A stretch of 63,559 bases of DNA, filler included, from Salisapilia sapeloensis CBS 127946 (Eukaryota > Protista > Oomycota): assembly GCA_023334545.1 (NCBI GenBank). It is 14 parts of 14 records of this genome, joined end to end, with 100 filler letters (N's around TTAATTAATTAA, not from the genome) between each part and the next. Parts side by side here need not be neighbours in the genome. Positions count along the whole stretch, not along the records: positions 51,715 to 63,559 come from JAADVB010000424.1; 13 more parts are not named here. One strand, 5' to 3'. A model generated the notes under the pieces. The model saw only the letters and a list, made by a program, of their open reading frames with translations. It had not been told where the DNA came from and searched no databases. Positions 54,735-63,559 of the stretch are shown in pieces (within the stretch, counting starts at the first letter, position 1; every line of letters begins with the position of its first letter). Made by a program: the position numbers and the translations under genes.

Positions 54735-56087
54735 ATGGGACGCGTCACGGCTTACAGAGGCATCATTGTGCACTCTAAGGGATTGAATGACCTGGAAGTG
54801 CTTAACCCAGGTTTCATCGGTGTCGATGGCTCAGACGGAACGATCACCTTTGTCGAAAAGACCCTTCAGCCGTCCTCCACATCAAACTCTCACTACGACG
54901 AGGTAATCGACTGTGGGGATAACTTGATACTGCCTGGTTTTGTGGACGGCCATGCACATGCTCCTCAACACTCTTACCTGGGTGTCGGGATGCACTTGCC
55001 ACTGCTCGACTGGCTTAACACATATGCTTTTCGCTACGAAGCCAAGTTTGCGAATGCCGAGTATGCCCAGCAAGTCTATACAAGAGCAATCAGAAGGCAA
55101 GTTGCAAACGGCACGACCACGTGCTCGTACTTCGGCAGCACGCACCTGGCAGGCAACAAGGTTCTCGCAGACGTTATCGAGCATGCTGGACAACGGGCTT
55201 ACATTGGGAAAGTAAACATGGATCGCAACTGCCCCGAAGACTTGCTGGAGGACACAAACCAATCGCTTGAAGACACCAAGTCCTTCGTCTCCTATGTCTT
55301 CGCCAAGAAGAACAAGCGCTTGACGCCAGCGCTTACACCGCGATTTGTACCGAGTGTGACGGCAGAGTTGATGAAAGGACTTGGAGAGCTCTCAAGACAG
55401 CACGAGCCTTGGCTACCAGTCCAGTCTCACCTATCTGAAAACATTGGAGAGATTGAGTGGGTCAAAAACCTACATCCCGAGTATGAGAGCTATACCGATG
55501 TGATGAAGCAGCATGGACTACTCCACCATCGCTCCTACATGGCACATTGCATCTGGTGCAGCGACAGCGAGCGAGAGATACTTCGAGACGCTGAAACGGC
55601 AGTCATTCATTGTCCTAACTCGAACTTTTCTCTCCTCAGCGGTGTCCTCGATGTCCGACGGCTGCTTGACGAAGGAGTTACAGTCGGTCTTGGTACTGAC
55701 GTCAGTGGAGGCTACAGCGCTTCGATGCTAGACGCTATTCGTCAAGCGGCGATTGCATCCAAGTTGGTTTCTATGGGCAACGGAAGCAATTCCGAAGGAG
55801 GTGAAAACCACGCTCTGAGCTTTGACGAGGTCTTTTACCTCGCAACACTCGGTGGCGCTCGAGCGTTGGATCTTGGTGACACAATCGGTAACTTTATAGT
55901 CGGCAAGCAGTTCGATGCACTCGTAGTCGACGTGTACACGGAAGATGGTCCGATTGACCGACCTATCGACGACGACGACAAGAGCCCAGAAAAAGACACG
56001 TTACGAGATTTTCAAAAGTTTCTTTTCAATGGAGACGATCGGAACATCCGACAAGTGTACGTCGACGGCCGTCGGATCAAAGGGTAG
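54735..56087 (+). CDS. GDA: Guanine deaminase
   Basis: Amidohydrolase motifs PGFVDGHAHAPQ, NGTTT, TPRF, QSHLSEN, MAHC and GLGTDVSGG. ATG 54735 follows CATTCACATTTTGC. Confidence 0.92.
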   Translation: MGRVTAYRGIIVHSKGLNDLEVLNPGFIGVDGSDGTITFVEKTLQPSSTSNSHYDEVIDCGDNLILPGFVDGHAHAPQHSYLGVGMHLPLLDWLNTYAFRYEAKFANAEYAQQVYTRAIRRQVANGTTTCSYFGSTHLAGNKVLADVIEHAGQRAYIGKVNMDRNCPEDLLEDTNQSLEDTKSFVSYVFAKKNKRLTPALTPRFVPSVTAELMKGLGELSRQHEPWLPVQSHLSENIGEIEWVKNLHPEYESYTDVMKQHGLLHHRSYMAHCIWCSDSEREILRDAETAVIHCPNSNFSLLSGVLDVRRLLDEGVTVGLGTDVSGGYSASMLDAIRQAAIASKLVSMGNGSNSEGGENHALSFDEVFYLATLGGARALDLGDTIGNFIVGKQFDALVVDVYTEDGPIDRPIDDDDKSPEKDTLRDFQKFLFNGDDRNIRQVYVDGRRIKG

Positions 56088-56275
56088 ACAGTATGCGAGC
56101 GTCTGATCGATTAAACTCTAATAAAGCAAAACTGCCAAATTGCTGCCGGATTGTTAATGCACTTGTCTACGATTGCGATACGAAAGCCAGCACTTGATGT
56201 ACGACACAAGGCGTTTTCAATTAATTAACGTCGTACGGTACACCTCCGAGTTTACCAGTCGAAAGGAGAGGGATC

Positions 56276-57853
56276 CTACCGCGTGGCCGAAAGAAACTCG
56301 CTGCCGTGGGCGTTCGTAGCTTCTGCATGTCTTAGAAACGCCCCAAGAGCTCCCAAGTACCCTTCGTGCTTGCAGAAGAGAGCTTTTTTCTCTCCATTGG
56401 ACCAAAAGTCAATGGCGTATGACAGCGTCTTGGCAGATATGCGGTTGTGCCGAAGGAAGTTGCCGACGAAGAAGATGCGGTCAGTGTTGTAAAGACAAGC
56501 GTTCAGGAATGCAATCTGGCCAATGTTCTGCGTTACCATGACCAGGAGAGAGCGCGCAAGATCAGCATCCGTCACCTCCGACTTGTCGCGCGAGATCATT
56601 TTGCCAAAACTACTGGCGACCGTCGTAGCCGGGAGGGAGAACTTATCATAGGAGCCGCCGTAGATATCCTTCACTAGCATGTCGACTTCGTGATGCGAAC
56701 CTTGAACGCACAAGTCAAGCGCCTCATCATACGAATTGCAAGAGGTTAATAGCCGACAGAGGCCCCAGTACGTGCCTCCGCCAAGACTACTACCACTCAC
56801 TCGCTCATACTCCCTCGGACCTGTCACATACAACACGCTGACGCCAGAGCCGATGCTGACCAAAAGATACGGAAAGACCTCTTCCGAAGCACTGTACTCA
56901 ATCACGCGCATGTGAGAAGCAGACATGGTCTTGATGTCCACGTCCTACACAACAAAATAGTTTGTTAGACATAAACATAGCAAGTCAATACCAAATCATG
57001 TTGCACCTCGAACGTGTACACTTCGTCCGACAGCGTGGTAAGTAGCAGACTGAGACCGTCGACGATGCATTCAATTTCATCATGCTTTTCCAATTCAATG
57101 GCGGCCAAGTCTCGAAACGTATCGGCGTACTAGATCGCATTTGCTATTAGGTTAAGCCCCCTAATTTGCAGTGCATGCCACGCACCTTGTGAGCTCCTCC
57201 GCCGGTGCAGGGGAGAGCGCGAACAGACTGGTGAATGCCCTTACTGGCAAGATAGTTGACCGCATCAGCCGTCTGCTGCGTCTCGAACTGAATAAAATGG
57301 AAGACCTACATGAAGGCGGTAAAATTAAAACGATGACATTGGGACCGCTAGCAAGGGCAAACCAACCCCGGCAAGCGCCTTGGAGTAGACACGAAGACGA
57401 ATGTCTTGCACGCCCGTCTCGCCAAATGCAACATTATCTCGCAGGAACTGATCCATTTCACCGGCCGCAACCTCGTGAGACGATGATCGCGGCCGTTTCT
57501 TCCTCTCCTCTCGATTCTCAAAGTACACGATTTTGGCGAGTGTTCCTCCTGCGTCGTAATGATTGCATTGATCACATCACCGATGAACGCTTGCAATAGG
57601 CAAATGCACTTACCTATATCCAGCCCGAAGCAGTGGCCCAAGTCCGAGCTACAGTATCACGTCAGCTGCAATCGGTGTATGTGATGGAGTCTGCTTTCGA
57701 TCCTTACTTTTTAGAGATCTTCTTGAACGTGACGCGCTGGTTCCAAGCAGACACTCGCTTCGTCTTCCTTTGTAAACAAAGAGTCATCACAACCGACGAG
57801 AAGAGCAAGAAGCCGCCAGTGACGATGACATGGTGCGGTACCACCACCTGCAT
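56276..57853 (-). CDS. PANK: Type II (eukaryotic) pantothenate kinase, multi-exon; start uncertain
   Basis: CFGLDIG|, YLLVSIGSGVS, RVSGSSLGGGTYWGL, DMLVKDIYG, ASSFGK, FVGNFLR and HEGYLGALGAFL. Confidence 0.92.
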
Positions 57854-58295
57854 GAGGTTTGACGTGAGGTGGGCTTGTGAAAATATTAGAGTATATTTAG
57901 TTATGCGCGTAATTTGCTAAATATGTTAGAACAGAATGGCCACGTCGGCCAGCAAGAAATAGGCCCAAGTTTCCAGATATTCTACTCGATCTTCATCCGG
58001 TGATCCATCCACACACCGGCAAATGACCGATCCTTCCTATTAAATATAAAACTGTCTAGCTTTATCAGTCAAATAAAATATCGAATTCAACAATCAGTTT
58101 GCTCTGTTCTACAATTTACTTGATAAGGTGCAAGTTGCTAATTTTCCTCAGGCTTGTGTGTTGATGATTTTAGCATGTTTGCATTTGAGAATACCTATCT
58201 ACTTTACGTGCGCTATTTTAAGACAAAGTAACAAGCTGTACCTCGCGTTTCCGTTTTCAATTGCTCTATCTCTAAAGCTGCATTGACGTTGAAAG

Positions 58296-58834
58296 ATGGA
58301 CCTAGCGCTAGACGAAGCTGGTGCACAAATTGCAGCATCGACCTCTTTCGATGCAAATTACCCTCCTAGTAACGTACTCGACGGGTATGTGTTGTAACGC
58401 GACAAAATATACCAAAATTTAACCGTATCCGACTCGTAGTGATCAAGCAACAAGGTGGCTGACAACCGGGAGTTTCCCTCAAGAGATTATCCTTCAGCTT
58501 GCAACTGCGGGATCCATCTCGAGAGTGAAACTCTGGGGTACGAATGTGAAAGAGGTAGCGGTGGAAACGTGCGCAGGACCAACACCAAGCAAATGGGAGA
58601 GATTGTACGAAGCTAGTACGTAGAAACCAACACTTCTATCAGTTGGCTGTGGACGTGCTACTAACTGCGCATACTGGAACAGAGTTTGCTGAAAACGATG
58701 GAAACCTGCAGATGGGTACAGAAAATGTCAAAACAACAAACGCTTCGTTTGTCCGGTTCAAGGTTCTTTCCGGTTGGACGAACTTTGCAGCTCTCCATCG
58801 TGTGAGTGTCGAAGGCATGGCTTCCCGCAGGTGA
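58296..58834 (+). CDS. IFT25: Intraflagellar transport protein 25 (HSPB11), 3 exons
   Basis: ASTSFDANYPPSNVLDG|...WLTTGSFPQEIILQL...FVRFKVLSGWTNFAALHRVSVEG. Confidence 0.85.
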
Positions 58835-58878
58835 TAAAGAACAACATTTATTGTGGAAGCAGAAATATATCTACATGG

Positions 58879-60027
58879 TTATTCCTTTTTACCGAAAAAC
58901 GACGTAAGTGACTTCATACCGGACCTATTGACGTTTGCAAGCTTGCTCTTTTTCTTGTTTGCAGCTGCAGAGGTGGTACCAGAGGGTCGTTTCTTTTCGT
59001 TTACACCATTTCGATGATCAAAGCGTTGCGTATTGACGCTGCCAGTATCCACCTGCTTTGGTTCTTCTTTTGGAATTCTATGCATGCAATCGATACGCAT
59101 CAGTTAGATGAATATTAACAGAGATAGCACGGACTTACTTGTATTCGGTAAAAAGCTTGTCCAGCCAGTCAGACGGAAGATATTCGGACACTATTTCGAT
59201 GGCCTGACGATAGTACCTGGTCTTATCTACACAAGCGTTCTGATCGTCTCTGCCACTCGACTTATCTCCGGCGACGTTAAAGTTAGCATCAAATCCGCCA
59301 TTGTTGGATGCTATCGCGTGGGCTCTCATCTGGTTACCCAATGTCTCGGCAAGCTTTTCCACCTATATCCGATCAAACAGTCCAATAAAACATCTTGTAC
59401 TGTAGTACCATGCACAGAAGGGCAAACCTTGGCTTTTGTCCATTTCATAATCTTCTCCTCATTTGCTTTGATAAAGATACCATCAAGCTCGGCAGACTGT
59501 ATTTCTTCCTCCGGACTATCCCCAGTGGTCGACTGGATGTCAAACACGAGTGCTATCCGGCTCCGGAGGTGGGCAGTGGCATTAATGCCCAGCCACCATG
59601 TATTGTGACTTCGCGATAGAACGTCATAGATAGAGTAGAAGCGGCTACGGTCCGCCCAAGCAGCATCAACGAGCACGAATAATGGATCCATGGGTGTCAT
59701 TACCACGGCACTACCGTCTACGTCATAAGCAATAAGTACCAAGTTGGATGCATGGGCAAATGTAACTTTACCTCGTTGCACAGTGTCATTGACGAACCAG
59801 CTCCTAGCTTTATCTGGTTCGTGCAAACGCTGCATCTCCAATAGTGTAGCTTTATCGCTATCCAAGGCTAGCTGCCTCCGCCTGGCGCATGATCCATTTT
59901 CGGCACTGGTTGTCATCGCCCACGTGACAATCGTGAACAACGGTTTATCCTGAGCATCGCGATGGAAGCGTTGGAGAGTTTTGTCGTCAGGTAGCTGAGG
60001 AACGATGAGCACGCTCTTCCTCCCCAT
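58879..60027 (-). CDS. RNASEH2B: Ribonuclease H2 subunit B, multi-exon
   Basis: LLEMQ...RSWFVNDTVQ|DGSAVVMTPMDPLF, EKIMKWTKAK and C-terminal PIP box GMKSLTSFFGKK*. Confidence 0.88.
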
Positions 60028-60250
60028 TGTCGATGCTTGCTGCGTGCACAATTGTCAATCGAGCCAAAACGCGGCAAATTCGAATTACTTCCCGCCAAAC
60101 TCGATCTATAATAATAGCTTTATTTGATATATATAATATAAGACTACATACCATACATGTATGCAAATATACAAGACAGAACACGAAACGGCCACAAGCT
60201 AAACTCATCTTCTCCAGGCCATCGCTTGTGTGGATACTAGGAGCGCATCT
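60028..60250. promoter_or_regulatory. Putative bidirectional promoter between RNASEH2B and LIG1
   Basis: 223 bp between divergent ATGs; AT-rich core with TATATATAATAT. Confidence 0.5.
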
Positions 60251-63200
60251 ATGCCGGCTCAAGGTAAATAATGTTAGATATAGACGCATGAGTTGCGCTT
60301 ACTGATGGATGCCATTTGTGTATGTGTCTTGTAGCAAGTAAAGCCAAGTCGCAGCAGCCGTCCATCATGTATGTATCATTAGCCTCTATGACCATCTAGA
60401 TTGGCATGCTCAAATTGCTTTGATTATAAATAAAGGTCCTTCTTTGGTGGTGCAGCTGCTACTTCGACAAAAAAGCGTAAGGCTGTAGAGGAGGAACATG
60501 AAGAAGCGTCATCTCCACCAAAGCCTAAGCAGGCAAAAACAGTAAAGATAAAAAAGACCAAGAAGGAGGAAGAAGATGCATCTGATCAAGCCGAAGAGGA
60601 ATTGGAAGAAAATATGGGTCAGGACGAAGAAAGTAAAGAGAAAGAAGAGCAACCCGAGGCGGTAATGGAGGAGGATGAGTCGCCAGAGCCTTCACCAGTG
60701 AAAACCAAGCCTAAAGGTATATTCATGCGTAGCTCATGCCATCTACTACACCACATCCAACTTATGATACAATAATTTAGACGGCCGACGGAGACTTCGG
60801 CAACGCGTTGCGGAGAAAAGTGATGAAAACTCGGATGACGAATTGGATTTCATCAGCGCATCCAAGAACAAGAAAGAGCCTTCATCCAAAGCCGATCCGA
60901 TTGCGATTGCTTCCGATGATGACGATGATGACGATGATGAGGTAGTAGAAACAGTTGCGACCAAGGAAGAGACTTTCTCTACAGCGGAGGAAACAACTAA
61001 AGATGAGCCTAAACAATCACCCAAGCAGGAAACTAGTAGCAGAAGCGTAGCCACCAAGTCACCCGTCAAGCCGAAGAACAATCCAGCAGAAAAGTCTAGC
61101 TCTGCTCAGTCACCTTCAAGAGACCAACAAGAGCAGAAAGCTACATCAAGCACTCCAGTTAAGGCCGATAAATCTCCTTCGGCTACCAAAAAAGCCAAGT
61201 CGAGCTCTTCAGCCTCGAGCTTTTTCTCTCCGAAACCCACTTCCAAGGTCAAGTCTTCGTCGAATGCATCTACGCCGTCCAAGAAGCAGGCGGAACCTCC
61301 AGCAGTGTCGGATGGAAGCGACACAGCCGTCGCGTACAGTGCGCTGGCTGAATTATTCACGAAGATTGAGGAAGCGTCAAAGCGGTTGGAAATCCAAGAC
61401 CTTTTATGCGACTTTTTCCACACTATCATTCAAGACTATCCACAGGATCTGCTTTCGACTATTTACCTGTGCGTTTGCACGGACCTCAGGCCTCCGTTTG
61501 AAAACCTCAAGATTGGCATTGGCGACTCCATTTTGATAAAAGCCATAGGAGAGGCCACAGGCACCAACGTCCGCTTCATCAAAGAGACTTACCAGAAGGA
61601 GGGTGACTTGGGAACACTGGCCATGTCTGCTCGGTCCAAGCAGCACACGATTTCTTTTGGAGCAGCATCCGGAGCACCTAAGAAAGCAAACACACTGACC
61701 GTGCAGAATGTCTACAATCAGTTTGTCAAGATCGCTAAAATGACCGGCAACAATTCTCAGCAGCAGAAATGTTCGATCATCAAGAGTCTCCTCGTCAAAT
61801 GTGAAAAGGAGGAAGACAAAGGAAGAGCAAAGGCAGCTGCCAAGTTCATCATCCGTGGACTGCAAGGAAAGCTGCGTATTGGGCTGGCTGAAAAGTCTAT
61901 TCTCATGTCTCTTACCTATGCTTTCATGCGCCCGAACGACCGCAAAGACAAGGAGAAACAGGCCAAGGCTCTAGCGTACGTGAAGCGTGCTTTTGCCGAA
62001 TGCCCTAGCTACGACGCACTCATTACAGCATTCCAAGAGACGCAAGCGACGTTGGAAGAACCGAAATTGTGGCTTCGAGTGGAAGACTTTGAGACAGTGG
62101 CGAACAAGTGTCTTTTGACACCCGGCATACCCGTGTCACCGATGCTTGCGAGACCGACGAAGGCGTATGCTATGGTGTTTGACAGATTCCAGAACATGCC
62201 GTTCACATGCGAGTACAAGTATGACGGCGAACGAGCTCAGATCCACTTGCAATCCGATGGCACAGTCTCCATCTTCTCTCGAAACTTTGAGAACTCGACG
62301 GAGCGATTCCCGGACGTTTGTCGCGTTGTCAAGGAGGCGGTCAAGAAAGGTCAGTTGACGAGCTGCATTTTGGACGCAGAGGTTGTAGCAGTCGACAGGG
62401 CCAGCAAGAAGAGACTACCGTTTCAGATTTTGAGCACTCGGTCGAGAAAAAATGTGAAGGAAGAGGACATCAAGGTTCCAGTTTGTATCTATGCGTTTGA
62501 CCTGCTCTTCCTCAACGGAGAATCGCTGCTCACAACGCAGTTGCAGCGACGTCGTGAAATGTTACGCGATTGCTTCGCAGTGAAAGACGGTGACTTTGAG
62601 TTCGCCACATCGATGGACGTCGAGTCTCACGTAGCTCAAAAAGACGGCAAAGACGACGCCGAGGCACTGGAGGCAGCTGTGGACACCATCCGCACCTTCC
62701 TAGAGAAGGCTGTTGAAGAAAACTGCGAAGGTTTGATGGTGAAAACGCTCGAGCAGGAAGCAACGTATGAGCCAGCCAACCGGTCGCACAAGTGGCTCAA
62801 GGTGAAGAAAGACTACCTCGACGGCATTGGCGATTCGACTGACTTGGTCCCGATCGGAGCTTTCTACGGTAAAGGTAAGCGGACGGGGGTGTACGGGGCC
62901 TACCTCTTGGCATGCTATGATCCGGATACAGAGTTGTTTGAGCCCATCACAAAGCTCGGAACTGGACTGAGCGACGAAGTCTTGAAGCAGTTCTTCGAAC
63001 AACTCAAAGAGAGTACTGTGGACAAGGCCCCAACCGAGTACTCTATTGGCGACGGAGCCATTAAGCCGGACGTATGGTTCGAGCCAAGTACTGTGTGGGA
63101 GATTCTAGGGGCAGATCTGTCCATTTCGCCCAAATACACTGCTGCAATGGGCCACGTGGCTCGTGACAAAGGCATCTCTCTTCGCTTCCCGCGATTCATA

Positions 63201-63393
63201 CGAGTTCGGGATGACAAGGATCCAACGCAAGCTACAACATCATCTCAGGTATAGCTATGATTGATAAGTTGTCTCTATCTAAAAGGTTATTGACAAGAGC
63301 AATATGTCTATTTAGGTGGCCGACTTGTATCGCGCGCAGGGGACTGTGACGGCAGCAGGAGCAGATGATGGTGACGACGACATGCTCATATAA
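60251..63393 (+). CDS. LIG1: DNA ligase I, multi-exon
   Basis: Spliced N-terminal PIP box QQPSIM|SFF; EYKYDGERAQIH (adenylated Lys 62217-62219); EGLMVK, WLKVKKDY and SLRFPRF. Last exon 63316-63393. Confidence 0.96.
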
Positions 63394-63511
63394 ACCCTCA
63401 ACCATATTGACAGTACCGTCTACTCGCTTGTTGTCAACCACAATCATGTCGCGCCGTACTAATCGAAATCAATCCCCCTGACCATATCGTATCCTCATCG
63501 CTCTTGTCGGC

Positions 63512-63559
63512 CTACATGTTCATGCCTTCTAAATCCAAATCTACCTCGTCCTTTTTCAC
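63512..63559 (-). CDS. Possible 3' end of a gene entering from the window edge
   Basis: VKKDEVDLDLEGMNM*; too short to verify. Confidence 0.25.
   Translation of the reverse strand: MKKDEVDLDLEGMNM

Noticed and set aside
56221-56228. TTAATTAA resembling the linker
   Set aside because: No flanking Ns and only 8 of 12 bases; a natural AT-rich 3' region.

Overview
This is eukaryotic nuclear DNA, almost certainly from a zoospore-forming oomycete. Evidence: Inr+FPR core promoters, CBEL, AA16/AA17 LPMOs, IFT25 and short 50-85 nt GT-AG introns; the species cannot be determined. The window is not continuous. It is 14 contigs joined by 13 identical artificial 100-bp spacers (44 N + TTAATTAATTAA + 44 N), so adjacency across a spacer means nothing. 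Recognisable housekeeping genes: USP9X/24/34-like deubiquitinase, tRNA-Leu(AAG), MICU1, COX20, BDP1, a FUBP-like KH protein, a Rab8-like GTPase, an ABCG transporter, guanine deaminase, type II pantothenate kinase, IFT25, RNASEH2B and DNA ligase I. Secreted or surface genes: AA16 and AA17 LPMOs, CBEL and a receptor-like protein. There are two clear pseudogenes plus LINE and Gypsy relics. Most worth follow-up: (1) a six-gene 3.9-kb cluster of Cys-free, GPI-anchor-like Ser/acidic microproteins; (2) an AA17 + AA16 LPMO tandem with a possible third member; (3) two Tyr-rich secreted or structural proteins missed by the ORF track; (4) a stand-alone CG-1/NAC-like DNA-binding protein; (5) an SF1-KH/FUBP chimera; (6) a head-to-head RNASEH2B-LIG1 pair; (7) two contigs bounded by exactly 141-bp inverted repeats that reveal collapsed inverted gene duplications. 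All family calls are by-eye motif recognition; no searches were run.
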